From positions 1 to 61,606 of the forward strand of contig WRJS01000004.1 of NCBI GenBank assembly GCA_009778475.1: DNA of 61,606 nucleotides. Reading direction: 5' to 3'. Source of the stretch: Kiritimatiellota bacterium (GTDB lineage: Bacteria > Verrucomicrobiota > Kiritimatiellia > RFP12 > UBA1067). The translations under genes were made by a program, and so were the position numbers. Under the pieces are notes generated by a model. That model did not search any database. It was not told the DNA's origin and was given only the letters and a program-made list of their open reading frames with translations. Shown here piece by piece: positions 24,818-35,508 of the stretch; position 1 is the stretch's first letter; the number at the start of each line of letters is the position of its first letter.

Positions 24818-26170
24818 ATGAGAATATGTGTTTTGATGGCGTCGCTCGCGGCGGCGTGTGTTGCGCACGCGCGGCAATTCACAGGGCCGGACGCATGGCA
24901 GCCTGTCCATACGGACGTGATTAAGAAATGGCAGGACGAGCAGGGTAAAGGCGGCGAGGCGCACGTGCGCGTGTGGAACGGCGTGGCTGCCGATGCGCGG
25001 CAACGCACGGTGCGGCTGCTGGCGGAGGCGGTCGGCCACGCCGAGGGCGTGACGACCGAGTTCCTGATTGTCGGCCCGGGCAGCGACCGCGCCTACGAGG
25101 CCGCGGCCGTCACCGTCGCGAAACCGAGCGACATCGTCCTGGCCATGGAGCATATCGGGCTGCCCCGCGGCGGGGGCGTGTACAGCCGCCCGTTCCGCTT
25201 CTGGCCGTGCGGCGAACGCGTGAGCGCGACGGCGCGGCACCTCAGCGACCCCGAGGGGAAAGCGTACCCGTTGCAATCGCTCGTCAAGGACACCAGCGCG
25301 GAGGGCCTGCTCGGCGGCGGCGGGCTTGTGTTCGCGGGCGGGCGCTGGCGCGACGGCGAGTGCCTGGCGGACACGCGGCAGCCGAGCGCGGTCATCTCGC
25401 TCTACAACGAGGCGGAGACCCTTTTCGATGTGCCGTTCCAAGCCTCCCAAGGCGCGGTGTACGGGCGCGTCTCGCTCGCCAAGGCCCTGCCCTACGGCGA
25501 GGTGCTGGAGATCACGCTCGCGCCGCTGCCCTCGAAAGACGGCAAGCCGTGGGTCAAGCAACTGAACGTTTTGGCGGCGCACGAGAACGGGGAATGGGCC
25601 ATCACCTGCTCCGGCACCAATAACGCCGTCCAGCACAAAGGAGACCTCGCAAGCACACTGGCGTGGATGAAGGCCGAAGACGCGGCCGGCCGCGATCTGT
25701 TCGTCACGCTGAACATGCGCGACGACCTGCCGCTGGCGAAGGCCGCCGACGTGGCGCGCGTCTTCTACATGCTCGACGGCAAGGGGATCAAGCTGGACGG
25801 CAAGGGCGAGGGCGGTGTCTATCCGCGCGCGTTCCTGCCGCAAGAGCAATGGCGCGAGCGCGAGGGGCGCACACCCCAGCCGTTCGAGATACACATCACG
25901 CCGGATGCCGCTGGCGGCTTCACGAAAAAACTGACGTTCATCGAAGAGGACTGGACGGTCGAAGGCCTCGACCCCAAACTGACGCCCAAGGACTACCCCT
26001 TCAGCGCGTGGGACGATCTCCCTGCGCTCATCCAGAATGTCGGCGGCGAAGACAGCAAGGTCAACCTGCTGTTTGTCTTCGCCCCCTCCGCCGCCCCCAT
26101 CAAGACGTTCATGCCCGCCATCCGCGCCCTCGCCGAGCGCCTGCCGCTGGTCTATGTCTTCGGCGAGTAG
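24818..26170 (+). CDS. Secreted hypothetical protein, possibly YdjY-like domain
   Basis: Signal peptide; EFLIVGPGSDRAYEA motif; coding-like codon bias. Confidence 0.6.
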   Translation: MRICVLMASLAAACVAHARQFTGPDAWQPVHTDVIKKWQDEQGKGGEAHVRVWNGVAADARQRTVRLLAEAVGHAEGVTTEFLIVGPGSDRAYEAAAVTVAKPSDIVLAMEHIGLPRGGGVYSRPFRFWPCGERVSATARHLSDPEGKAYPLQSLVKDTSAEGLLGGGGLVFAGGRWRDGECLADTRQPSAVISLYNEAETLFDVPFQASQGAVYGRVSLAKALPYGEVLEITLAPLPSKDGKPWVKQLNVLAAHENGEWAITCSGTNNAVQHKGDLASTLAWMKAEDAAGRDLFVTLNMRDDLPLAKAADVARVFYMLDGKGIKLDGKGEGGVYPRAFLPQEQWREREGRTPQPFEIHITPDAAGGFTKKLTFIEEDWTVEGLDPKLTPKDYPFSAWDDLPALIQNVGGEDSKVNLLFVFAPSAAPIKTFMPAIRALAERLPLVYVFGE

Positions 26171-26175
26171 AATGG

Positions 26176-26312
26176 CGCGGAGGCGCAGAGTTTTTAGACA
26201 GGGTTAACAGGATTGGCAATTTTACGAATCGTCTCAAAATTGAATGGACATGAATTTTGCGGCTCACGAGGACGTTCGCCCTCCATTGCACCCCCGCGTC
26301 TCTGCGCGAAAA
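26176..26312. repeat. Composite intergenic repeat cluster
   Basis: cgcggaggcgcagag / gacagggttaacaggat / inverted family-B REP / cgcgtctctgcgcg; the same units recur at 56379-56620 and 59552-59572. Confidence 0.55.
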
Positions 26313-26332
26313 TAATCTGCTCGAATTACGAA

Positions 26333-26361
26333 TTGTTTTCCGCGCCGTGAACCGCTATACT
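26333..26361 (+). promoter_or_regulatory. Putative sigma70 promoter of lpxK-murJ
   Basis: TTGTTT-17bp-TATACT. Confidence 0.5.
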
Positions 26362-26388
26362 ATTTAATTTTACCTATCGGCAGGGACT

Positions 26389-27579
26389 ATGGCGCGGAGT
26401 AAAATACGAGGCATTGAACGGATCGAGCAGAAGCTCGTCCGGATCATCCAGGAGCCGGGTGCAGACGTGGGCCACCCGTGGCACGTGCGCCTGATGTTGG
26501 GGACGTTGCGCGTCATCTCGCTGGTCTTCGCGGGCATCGTCATCATTCGTCGCGACCTCTACCGCATCGGCATCTTCCGCCGTTACCCGCTCGGGTGCCA
26601 GGTCATCAGCGTGGGCAACATCACGGCGGGCGGCACAGGCAAGACACCCGTGGTCGAAATCTTCGCGCGCGAGCTGCAGAAGTCCGGGCGGCGCGTGGCC
26701 ATCCTCAGCCGCGGCTACCGCAAGCGCGAGCTGCCGTGGTACCAGCGCCTGTTCAAGGAGAATATCGACCCGCCGCGCGTCGTCAGCGACGGAACCCGCC
26801 TGTTGCTCGACAGCGAGATGGGCGGCGACGAGCCTTACATGCTGGCCAGCAACCTGCCGGGCGTCGTCGTGCTGGTGGACAAGAACCGCGTCAAGAGCGG
26901 GCGCTACGCGGTCAAGCGCCTGAAATGCGACACGCTCATCCTCGACGACGGCTTCCAATACTGGAAGCTCCAGCACATGCTGGAGGTCGTGCTGGTGGAC
27001 AAGACGAACCCGTTCGGCAACGGCCACCTGCTCCCGCGCGGCGTGCTGCGCGAGTCCGCCCGCAACCTCAAACGCGCGGACGTGATTTTCATCACCAAGT
27101 CGAACGGCGACTCCGCCGCGCTGCGCGAACAGATCCGCGCCCTGAACGCTAAGGCCGAGATCATCGAGTGCTGCCACAAGCCGCGCTACCTGCAGAACGT
27201 CTATACGGCACGGCACACGCCGCTCGAATGGCTGAAGGGAAAGACCCTCACCACGCTCTCGGGCATCGCCTCGCCGCAGGGCTTCGAGGACTCGCTCCGC
27301 GCCATGGGCGCGAAGGTCATCCACTGCGACCGCTACGCCGACCACCACCGCTACAACGCGCAGGAAATCATTGATGCCGTGAACCGCGCCTCCGACTACA
27401 AGGCCGACGCGCTCGTAACCACCGAGAAGGATGCCGTGCGTTTCCCGCACCTCGAGACGACCCCCGTCCCTGTTTACCACCTGCGCGTGGACATCGAACT
27501 GCTCAGCGGCACGGAGAGCTTCCATGACGCGGTGGAACGCATCTGCTTCCGTAAAAACGCGAGAGACCCGCGACCATGA
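26389..27579 (+). CDS. lpxK: Tetraacyldisaccharide 4'-kinase
   Basis: [47 protein letters not shown]. Confidence 0.95.
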   Translation: MARSKIRGIERIEQKLVRIIQEPGADVGHPWHVRLMLGTLRVISLVFAGIVIIRRDLYRIGIFRRYPLGCQVISVGNITAGGTGKTPVVEIFARELQKSGRRVAILSRGYRKRELPWYQRLFKENIDPPRVVSDGTRLLLDSEMGGDEPYMLASNLPGVVVLVDKNRVKSGRYAVKRLKCDTLILDDGFQYWKLQHMLEVVLVDKTNPFGNGHLLPRGVLRESARNLKRADVIFITKSNGDSAALREQIRALNAKAEIIECCHKPRYLQNVYTARHTPLEWLKGKTLTTLSGIASPQGFEDSLRAMGAKVIHCDRYADHHRYNAQEIIDAVNRASDYKADALVTTEKDAVRFPHLETTPVPVYHLRVDIELLSGTESFHDAVERICFRKNARDPRP

Positions 27580-29240
27580 GCGCGCCGGAAAAAAGCGAGC
27601 GAGGTCATCATGCGCCCGTGTTGCGGTCGGTGAGCGTCGTGAGCGCGATGACGGCCATCAGCCGCCTTGGCGGCCTCGTGCGCGAGATGGCCATGGCGCA
27701 CTTCTTCGGCACGTCCGCGCTGAAGTCCGCGTTCGACATCGCGTTCACCCTCCCCAACCTCTTCCGCCGCCTCTTCGGCGAGGGGGCGCTCTCGAGCGCG
27801 TTCGTCCCGGTGTTCAGCGAGACGCTGGAGAAGGAGGGGCGCGAGCAGGCGCGGGTGTTCGCCATGCGGGTCATCTCCCTGCTGGCCCTCGCGCTGGGGG
27901 TGCTCACGCTGGGGGGCATCCTGCTCTCCTACCCGCTGGCGCGCGTGCTGCCGCCGGAGAGCCGCTGGCTGCTGCCGTTGCCCATGATGCGCATCATGCT
28001 GCCGTACGCGCTGCTCATCTGCGTGGCCGCGCTCGTGGCGGGGATGCTCAACACGCTGGGCAAGTTCGCGGTGTCGTCGTTCACGCCGTTCCTGCTGAAC
28101 GCCATCTGGATCCTGACGCTCGTGGGCATCTGCCCGTTCCTGCGCGACGACCCCGGTTTCCGCGTCACCGTGCTGAGCTGGATGATCCTCCTTGCGGGGC
28201 TGGCGCAGATCGCCTTCCAGCTTCCCGCGCTCCACCGCCACGGCTTCCGCTTCGGCCTGTGCTGGTCGGGCATCTTCGGCGACCCGCGCCTGCGCCGCGT
28301 CCTCATCCTGATGGGCCCGGCCGCGCTGGGCATGGGCCTGATCCAGGTCAACGTGTGCGTGGACAAGCTGCTGGCGTACTGGGCGGACACCGCCGCGCCC
28401 GCCGCGCTGGAGTACGCCGAGCGCATCGTCTATCTGCCGCTGGGGATGTTCGGCACGGCGTTCATGACCGTACTGCTGCCGACGTTCTCGCGGCAGGCCT
28501 CGCGCGGCGACCACCACGCGATGCGCCAGACCCTCGAGCGCGCCATGCGCAACATGATGCTCATCATGGCCCCCTGCTCGGCGGGCCTGCTCGTGCTGGC
28601 CCTCCCGTGCATCGAGATGATCTACCGCACCAAGGGCGGCGCGTTCGACCCCGAGTCCGCCGTGCTGAGCGCGCGCGCGCTGGCGGCCTACGCGCCGGGC
28701 CTGCTCGTGTTCAGCTTCCACAAGGCCCTCGTGCCGGCCTTCTACGGCTTGCAGGATTTGAAGACGCCGCTGCGCGTGAGCCTCTTCGGGCTGCTGCTCA
28801 ACGTGACCCTGAACGTCACCAGCGTCATCCTCCTGCCGCACGGCTGGAAGCACACGGGCATCGCCGCCTCCACCGTCCTGACCAGCGCGGTCAACGGCCT
28901 CACGCTCGCCGTCATCCTGCGCCGCCGCATCGGCGCGCCCTGCGCCGGGGGCGTGCTGAAGACCTTGGCGAAGGCCGCGGCGGCGGCCGCGCTCGCCGCC
29001 GTCATCGCCTACGCCACCCACACCATGCTCGGCCGCATCCTGCCCGCTCTGGCGGGGGAAGGCGCGGGCAAGCTGACGCAAGTCTGCGCCGTGTCCGGCG
29101 CCGTCCTCGCCGCCGCGCTCGCCTACGGCGCGTTGGCCCTCGCGTTCATGCGCGGCGAGCTCATGGAGATGATCAACGAATTCCGCCACCGCCGCGACGC
29201 AGGGAGCGCAGGGAGCGCAGGGCTTCCGCCCTGCAATTAG
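27576..29240 (+). CDS. murJ: Lipid II flippase MurJ/MviN
   Basis: SRLGGLVRE, PNLFRRLFGEGALSSAFVPVF, many TM helices. Confidence 0.95.
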   Translation: MSAPEKSERGHHAPVLRSVSVVSAMTAISRLGGLVREMAMAHFFGTSALKSAFDIAFTLPNLFRRLFGEGALSSAFVPVFSETLEKEGREQARVFAMRVISLLALALGVLTLGGILLSYPLARVLPPESRWLLPLPMMRIMLPYALLICVAALVAGMLNTLGKFAVSSFTPFLLNAIWILTLVGICPFLRDDPGFRVTVLSWMILLAGLAQIAFQLPALHRHGFRFGLCWSGIFGDPRLRRVLILMGPAALGMGLIQVNVCVDKLLAYWADTAAPAALEYAERIVYLPLGMFGTAFMTVLLPTFSRQASRGDHHAMRQTLERAMRNMMLIMAPCSAGLLVLALPCIEMIYRTKGGAFDPESAVLSARALAAYAPGLLVFSFHKALVPAFYGLQDLKTPLRVSLFGLLLNVTLNVTSVILLPHGWKHTGIAASTVLTSAVNGLTLAVILRRRIGAPCAGGVLKTLAKAAAAAALAAVIAYATHTMLGRILPALAGEGAGKLTQVCAVSGAVLAAALAYGALALAFMRGELMEMINEFRHRRDAGSAGSAGLPPCN

Positions 29241-29273
29241 GAATTAGGAATTAGGAATTAGAAATTAGGAATC
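29211..29273 (+). repeat. REP-like family A copy plus aattagg heptamer run
   Basis: 29211-29240 identical to 32081-32110; (aattagR)x5 from 29235. Confidence 0.85.
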
Positions 29274-29396
29274 CACTGGAGGGCGCGGAATCCAGTACCA
29301 GAGTCCGCGTTCACGCGGACCGCGAAGCGGGGCCCCGCCCCCGCTTCGCGCTTCGCGCTTGCGCTCCGCCGCCGTATGTGCTACGATTCTCACACT

Positions 29397-32072
29397 ATGA
29401 AAAAGACACTGCTCGTTTCATGCCTCTGCTGCCTCGCGCTCAGCCCGCTGGGTGCGGCGGAGATGACCGCCGAGGCGCAGGCGAAAGCCGACGCGCTCAT
29501 CGCGAAGCACGGCAACGCCGCGCTCGTGAATTACCTGCTGGGCATCACGCTCGCGTACGTTCGCCTGGAGGACGAGGCGTACAAGAATGGCGCGGAGAAC
29601 GCGGGCAATCTCCCGCAGGAGCCCATCCCCCTCGGCATGGTCGAGTACCTCGTGTCCAAGGGCTCGGACGTGAACGCGGCAGTCGCCGACGCCGACATGG
29701 CGGGCGAGGATGAGAAATGGATGGTCGGCAGCACCCCGCTCTGTTTCGTGGCGGACTGGAAAGGGAGCGCGGATGTCGCCGCGTTCCTCATCGCCAAGGG
29801 TGCGGACGTCAAGGCGGATAACCTGCCGCTCCAGATTGCGGTGGGGCATCGGGGCAACGCCGAGGTCGCCGCGCTCCTCATCGCCCACGGGGCGGACATC
29901 CGCACGAAAGAGGAGGACGGCACCTCCTTGATCCTTATGGCGGCGTGGTACAATCACACCGAGACCGTCAGGCTGCTCGCCGCCAAGGGCGCGGACGTGA
30001 GCGCGAGAGACAAATGGGGCTACACCCCGCTCCATCGCGCGGGGAACGCCGAGATCGCCAAGATCCTTGTCGCTAAAGGCGCGGACGTGAACGCAAGAAC
30101 CGAGGGCGGCGTCACCCCGCTCCATACGGTGGAGGATGCCGGGGTCATCAAGTTCCTTGCCGAGAAGGGCGCGGATGTGAACGCGAAAGACAAGCAAGAC
30201 TACACCCCGCTCCATCAGAGGGCGCACCGGGGCAGCGCCGAAGCCGCCAAGGCGCTCATCGCCCTCGGCGCGGACATCCACGCGGTGAACGTGAACGGGA
30301 AAACCCCGCTCCTCGAGGCGGTGTGGGCTAACCAGCACGACCCCGAGGTCGCCAAGTGCCTCGTGGACGCGGGGGCGGACGTGAACGTGAAGGACAGGCA
30401 CGGCGTCACGCCGCTCCTCTCGGCGGCAGGGGACAAGCCGCTCGAGACCGTCAAATACCTCATCGACAAAGGCGCGGACGTGAATGTGGACGGCGGCTTC
30501 GGCGGGTCTTTGCTCCATCGGGCGGCGCACAATAAGCACACCGACGTCCTCAAATATTTCCTCTCCCGCCCCGGCGCGGACATCAACGAGAGGGGCGGCT
30601 GGGAGGGGCAAACCCTGCTCCATGCGGCGGTGCAGGTCGCTTCATACGATTTCAAAAAAGACAAGAGGGTGGGGCTCATCGAAAACGCGAAGTACCTCGT
30701 CTCCATCGGCGCGGATGTGAGCGCGAAAGACGACGAGGGGCGTACCCCGCTCCATGTGGCGGGGAGCGCGGAAGCCGCCGAGTACCTCGTCTCGCTCGGC
30801 GCGGATATCCACGCGAAGGACAACAACGGCAAGACCCCGCTCCATACGGTGCAGGGCTTGGAAGCCGTCGAATACCTCGTGTCCAAGGGCGCGGACGTGA
30901 ACGCGAAGGACAGCAACGGGCAGACTCCGCTCTGTGATGCGGCAACGGAGAGGAAAGGTCCCGAGGTCATCGCGTTCCTCACGTCCAAGGGGGCGGTGAT
31001 GGGCGCGGACGTCAACGCGATGATTGGCGACAACGGCTTGAAGGAAACCCCGCTCCACAAGGCGGTGGGGCATGGAGGAAACCTCGAAGCCGTCAAGTTC
31101 CTCATCTCCCAAGGCGCGGACGTGAACGCGCCCAACGGCTACAACGGCTACACGCCGTTGCACGAGGCGCTGTGGAACGGTCAGGATGGGTTTGGAAGGA
31201 ATGAAGACCTCGAAATCGTCAAGTACCTCATCGAGAACGGGGCGGACATCCACGCGAAAGATGCGTGGGGCGCACCCCCGATCCACACGGCGGTGAAGGG
31301 GCGTGCCGGTCATAAGGTCGAGATTATCAAGTACCTCGTCTCCAAGGGCGCGGACCCCCTCGCGAAAGACAACTACGGCAACACCCCGTTCCATCATGCG
31401 CATAATGTCGAGGTCATCAAATACCTCGCCACCCTCGGGCAGGATGTCAGCGCGAAGAACAGCAGGGGCGAGACCCTGCTCCATGAGACAGGCACGCTCG
31501 AAGTCGCGCAATACCTCATTGAGCAAGGCGTGGACATCCACGTGCGTGACGACGAGGGGAGAACCCCGCTCCACTGGCTCACGCTCTCGACGTGCTACGA
31601 GCGGGCGGGAATCCTCGCGCTCGCAAAACACCTCGTCGCCAAAGGCGCGGACACCCGCGCGAAAATCAACAACGGCAACAACCTGCTCCACCTCGCGGTG
31701 CAGCGCGGCGACACCGACCTCATCCGCTACATCCTCTCCCTCGGGTTCGACGTCAACGAGCGCAACAACCTCGGCAACACCCCCCTGCACCTCGCCGCGC
31801 GTTACAACGCCGACCCCGGCGTCACCGCGCTCCTGCTCGATCAGGGCGCCGACGTGAACGCCAAGAACCCCAAGGGCGAGACCCCCCTCCACGACGCCGC
31901 CCGCGAGAACAAGACCCCCGGCGTCGCCGCCCTGCTCATCGCCAAAGGCGCCGAAGCCGACGCCCGCGACAACGCCGGCAAAGCCCCCTACGACCACGCC
32001 ATCGACCGCGCCAACACCCCCCTCATCGAATACCTCCGCACCCTCCCCCCGCCCGAGGGGGGAGGGAATTAG
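29397..32072 (+). CDS. Secreted ankyrin-repeat protein (about 20+ repeats)
   Basis: Signal peptide MKKTLL..PLGA; repeated GADVNAK..G.TPLH motifs; TTGCGC-17bp-TACGAT just upstream (near-leaderless). Confidence 0.95.
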   Translation: MKKTLLVSCLCCLALSPLGAAEMTAEAQAKADALIAKHGNAALVNYLLGITLAYVRLEDEAYKNGAENAGNLPQEPIPLGMVEYLVSKGSDVNAAVADADMAGEDEKWMVGSTPLCFVADWKGSADVAAFLIAKGADVKADNLPLQIAVGHRGNAEVAALLIAHGADIRTKEEDGTSLILMAAWYNHTETVRLLAAKGADVSARDKWGYTPLHRAGNAEIAKILVAKGADVNARTEGGVTPLHTVEDAGVIKFLAEKGADVNAKDKQDYTPLHQRAHRGSAEAAKALIALGADIHAVNVNGKTPLLEAVWANQHDPEVAKCLVDAGADVNVKDRHGVTPLLSAAGDKPLETVKYLIDKGADVNVDGGFGGSLLHRAAHNKHTDVLKYFLSRPGADINERGGWEGQTLLHAAVQVASYDFKKDKRVGLIENAKYLVSIGADVSAKDDEGRTPLHVAGSAEAAEYLVSLGADIHAKDNNGKTPLHTVQGLEAVEYLVSKGADVNAKDSNGQTPLCDAATERKGPEVIAFLTSKGAVMGADVNAMIGDNGLKETPLHKAVGHGGNLEAVKFLISQGADVNAPNGYNGYTPLHEALWNGQDGFGRNEDLEIVKYLIENGADIHAKDAWGAPPIHTAVKGRAGHKVEIIKYLVSKGADPLAKDNYGNTPFHHAHNVEVIKYLATLGQDVSAKNSRGETLLHETGTLEVAQYLIEQGVDIHVRDDEGRTPLHWLTLSTCYERAGILALAKHLVAKGADTRAKINNGNNLLHLAVQRGDTDLIRYILSLGFDVNERNNLGNTPLHLAARYNADPGVTALLLDQGADVNAKNPKGETPLHDAARENKTPGVAALLIAKGAEADARDNAGKAPYDHAIDRANTPLIEYLRTLPPPEGGGN

Positions 32073-32080
32073 GAATGCCC

Positions 32081-32110
32081 GGGAGCGCAGGGCTTCCGCC
32101 CTGCAATTAG
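32081..32110 (+). repeat. REP-like family A copy
   Basis: gggagcgcagggcttccgccctgcaattag; hairpin GCAGGGC-TTCC-GCCCTGC. Confidence 0.85.
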
Positions 32111-32135
32111 AAATCAGAGATTTGGAACAGACCGT

Positions 32136-33215
32136 ATGAACAAACCGAAGAAAATTGTCGTGGCATGCGGGGGGACAGGCGGGCATGTGTTCCCCGGCCT
32201 GGCCGTCGCCAACGAGCTCAAGCGCCGCGGCCACGCCGTGGAGGTCTGGTTCTCCGGCCGCGCCATCGAGGCCGCCACCCACGCCGAATGGGACGGCGAC
32301 ACCTTCGCCACAGGCGCGCGCCAGCTCTCGCTCCAGAACGCGCCCCACATGATCCGCGCGTTCTTCCGCTGCGCCAAGGCCATCAAGGGCAAACGCCCCG
32401 ACGCGCTCCTGGCCATGGGCAGCTACTCCAGCCTCCCCCCCGTGCTGGCGGCCTGGCTCCACCGCGTCCCGGTCGTCCTGCACGAAGGCAACGCCGTCCC
32501 CGGCAAGGCCGTTGACGCGCTCGCGCGTTTCGCGCACACCGTCGCCACCAGCTTCGACGAGACCGCCGCCTGGTTCCCCCGCCGCAGGGTCGTCAAGACC
32601 GGCCTGCCCGTGCGCGAGGCCCTTGCCGGGCAGCCCCCGCTCGACGGCATCCCCGAAGGCGCGTTCACCGTCCTCATCACCGGCGGCAGCCAAGGCGCAC
32701 ACCGCGTCAACCAGCTGACCGCGCAGGCCATGTGCCTCCTGCAACAGGAAGGCGGCGCGGGCGGCCTCTTCGTCATCCACCAGACCGGCGCCGCAGACGA
32801 GGCATGGGTGCGCGAGGCCTACGCCAAGGCCGGCGTCCCCGCGCACGTCTCCGCGTTCATCACCGAGATGGGGCGCGCCTACGCCGCCGCCGATTTCGTC
32901 ATCTGCCGCGCCGGGGTCTCCACCTGCCTCGAGCTCTGCCTGCTGGGCAAGCCCGCGCTCCTGATCCCCCTGCCCAGCGCCATACGCGACCACCAGCACC
33001 TCAACGCCGCCGCGCTTGTCCGCACCGGCGGCGCGGACGAAGGCATCCAGCGCGAGCTCACCGGGCGCAGCATCATGCGCTATGTGCAGAACAAGAGGCG
33101 CAACCCCGCCGCCTTGGAGAAGATGGGCCAAGCCCTGAAAGCCCTCTCCCCCGAAGGCGCCGCCACGCGCGTCGCGGAGGTGGTGGAAAGCGTGACGCAA
33201 ATTCATAATGCATAA
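32136..33215 (+). CDS. murG: Undecaprenyldiphospho-muramoylpentapeptide GlcNAc transferase
   Basis: GGTGGHVFPG, HEGNAVPG, GGSQGA, ICRAGVST, HQHLNA. Confidence 0.93.
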   Translation: MNKPKKIVVACGGTGGHVFPGLAVANELKRRGHAVEVWFSGRAIEAATHAEWDGDTFATGARQLSLQNAPHMIRAFFRCAKAIKGKRPDALLAMGSYSSLPPVLAAWLHRVPVVLHEGNAVPGKAVDALARFAHTVATSFDETAAWFPRRRVVKTGLPVREALAGQPPLDGIPEGAFTVLITGGSQGAHRVNQLTAQAMCLLQQEGGAGGLFVIHQTGAADEAWVREAYAKAGVPAHVSAFITEMGRAYAAADFVICRAGVSTCLELCLLGKPALLIPLPSAIRDHQHLNAAALVRTGGADEGIQRELTGRSIMRYVQNKRRNPAALEKMGQALKALSPEGAATRVAEVVESVTQIHNA

Positions 33216-33252
33216 TTCATAATGCATAATTCATAATGCATAATGCATAATT
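33200..33252. repeat. Heptamer tandem repeat (aattcat/aatgcat)
   Basis: About 7 units overlapping the murG stop. Confidence 0.85.
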
Positions 33253-33419
33253 TCTAATTTTTATTGATGTGGATGCTCTCGTTAGCGGAAAGCCCGCCGC
33301 ACTCCATATATGCAACAATGTCACCTTAAATCACTATATCTCGCGCAAAGGCACAAAACCACGAAGGATTTTTTGACGAGATTTCCCCTTTGGGGATGCA
33401 CATTGCGCGGCGAACCTGC

Positions 33420-34205
33420 CTACCGCAGCTCGAATTCGACGTTCAAGATGTCATACTGTTTGAGGAAGGCTTGCGTCAGGCCGCGGATGGGCGGGCAGCT
33501 GGCGGCGGCCTTGAGGATGGTCTGGTCGTAATGCGCGTCGCCGGAGGATTTCGTGATGCGGTAGCTGACGATGCGCCCTGTGCCGTCGAGGCGGATCTCG
33601 AGCTTCGCGGTCGGGTTGCCGCCGGCCGCGCCGGGCTGCGCCCATGCGTTATACAGCGCCTGCCGGATGAGCGTGTAACACCGGGAGACCTCGTCTTGCG
33701 GAACCTGATTGCGCACACCTGGCGTTGCGCCTGCACCCATGAGCTTCTTAATCTCCGCCGGGCTGAGCGGCTTTTCGACAGGTGTTAATTTTGAGAAGTC
33801 CGGCTGCTTTTTGTCCGGCGGACGCACGACGCGTTGTCCTCTCTCGAACGGTTTAGGCTCGGGCTTCGGCTGCTCTTTCGGCTTCGGCTGCTCCTTCGGT
33901 TTCGGGTCGGGTTTCTTGTCAACGGCAATCGCGTCTTTCGGCGGCGGCGGCAGGGCGTCCGGCTGCTTCGGCTCGGGCAGGGGCGCGGGAGGTTTCGGCG
34001 CGGGCGGCTCGGGCACCGGGGGCTGGCTGGCGGCGGCAGGCTCGTCCAGGTTCTCCTCCAGCACGACGGTGAACTCCGTGACCACCGGCACCTCGCGCGG
34101 GCGGTACTGCGGCAGGAGCGGGATGATCGCCGCGCTGAACAGCAGCAGGCCGTGCAGGGCGCAGGACCATTTCAGCGAGTAGGCGTTGACCGGGCTTTTT
34201 CTCAT
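33420..34205 (-). CDS. TonB/TolA-family energy transducer
   Basis: N-terminal TM helix with S..LH, Pro/Lys-rich linker, C-terminal SSGD..YD domain. Confidence 0.85.
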   Translation of the reverse strand: MRKSPVNAYSLKWSCALHGLLLFSAAIIPLLPQYRPREVPVVTEFTVVLEENLDEPAAASQPPVPEPPAPKPPAPLPEPKQPDALPPPPKDAIAVDKKPDPKPKEQPKPKEQPKPEPKPFERGQRVVRPPDKKQPDFSKLTPVEKPLSPAEIKKLMGAGATPGVRNQVPQDEVSRCYTLIRQALYNAWAQPGAAGGNPTAKLEIRLDGTGRIVSYRITKSSGDAHYDQTILKAAASCPPIRGLTQAFLKQYDILNVEFELR

Positions 34206-34211
34206 GCGCGG

Positions 34212-34625
34212 TTACTCCGTTTGCGTGACCAAGGCCATGCGCGTGATTTTCACCTTGTAGAGGATTTTCACGACGTCCATGATTTTCCCGTAGTCGAGCC
34301 GCTCGTCGCCGCGGATCAGCACGGCGACGTCCGGGTCCTCGGCGGCGAGCACCCCGAGCGTCTGCTCGAGGTCGTCCAGCAGAATCTCCGTGTTGTTCAG
34401 GAACACCTTCCCCGTCACGTCCAGCGAGACGGTGTTCGGCTTTTTATCGGCGGGCAGCACGTCGGACTTTGCCTGGGGCAGGCGCACGGAGATGCCCTGC
34501 TCGATCGCGGGCATGGTGATGATGAAGGTGATGAGCAGCAGGAACGTGAGGTCGATGAGCGACGTCATGTCGATGTTGTTGATGATTTTCGTCTGCTTCT
34601 TACGGCTCAGGCGGTGCAGTGCCAT
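34212..34625 (-). CDS. exbD: ExbD/TolR biopolymer transport protein
   Basis: IDMTSLIDLTFLLLITFIIT, IRGDERLDYG; start MALHRL at 34625. Confidence 0.88.
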   Translation of the reverse strand: MALHRLSRKKQTKIINNIDMTSLIDLTFLLLITFIITMPAIEQGISVRLPQAKSDVLPADKKPNTVSLDVTGKVFLNNTEILLDDLEQTLGVLAAEDPDVAVLIRGDERLDYGKIMDVVKILYKVKITRMALVTQTE

Positions 34626-35377
34626 CAGTAGTCCCCCCCCTTGAACTCGCAGGTGATGCGCCCTGTGATCTCGTCCGCGAAGCCCTCCATGTCGTTGTTG
34701 ATCTGGCGGATTTTCCCGGCGAGGCTGTTGTAGAAGATGGCGCTGGGGATCGCGACGAGCAGGCCCGTCACGGTGGTCAGCAGCGCGGCGGAGATGGAGG
34801 GCGCGATGGAGGAAAGCTGCACGGTGTTCTGCGCGCCCATGCTGGCGAACGCGTTCAGCACGCCCCACACCGTGCCGAGCAGGCCCAGCATCGGCGAGAC
34901 CGTCACGACGGTCGCGAGCAGGCCCATGCCGTACTCCACGCGGATCTCCTCCTCCATCACCACGTGCTCGCAGGTGCTGCGCACGAGCTCGATCTCGCTC
35001 GCCGAGAGCGCGGCGCGCTCCTGCCCGCCCTGGTGGCGGCCGATCACCGCGCGGCGCATGTCCGGGTCGAGGAACTTCACGAGGCGCTCGCAGGTGCGGT
35101 CGTAGATCAGCGCCAGCGCCATCATCGCCATCTTCTTGCGCGCGAGGTACAGCGCGAGCACGTCGCCGCCGCCGAGGAACTCCCGCAGGAAACGCTTGTT
35201 GCTGGCGGCGATGCTCGCGAGCTCCTTGTTCTTCCCGATGACGATCGCCGCCGCGATGATGGAGCTGGCGACCTGTATCAGGACGATCGCCTTGCCCATC
35301 ATGTTAGAAATGGCAAACGCATTGGCCAGCGAGGCCATTGGCAAACCTGTCGTCACAAAAAATCCTAATCCCGGCAT
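34625..35377 (-). CDS. MotA/TolQ/ExbB proton channel protein
   Basis: SPMLGLLGTVWG, ISAALLTTVTGLLVAIP. Confidence 0.9.
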   Translation of the reverse strand: MPGLGFFVTTGLPMASLANAFAISNMMGKAIVLIQVASSIIAAAIVIGKNKELASIAASNKRFLREFLGGGDVLALYLARKKMAMMALALIYDRTCERLVKFLDPDMRRAVIGRHQGGQERAALSASEIELVRSTCEHVVMEEEIRVEYGMGLLATVVTVSPMLGLLGTVWGVLNAFASMGAQNTVQLSSIAPSISAALLTTVTGLLVAIPSAIFYNSLAGKIRQINNDMEGFADEITGRITCEFKGGDY

Positions 35378-35508
35378 GAAACCCTCCGTCTCCTTAAAAC
35401 CGTTATAAAGGATGCGCTACTCCCGCCCGGATGTCAATCCCGAAACGCACGGCAAGCGCAAAAACATTGCGCAGGGACGAGAGGGCTCCCTGTTTGGATG
35501 GCGTGATA

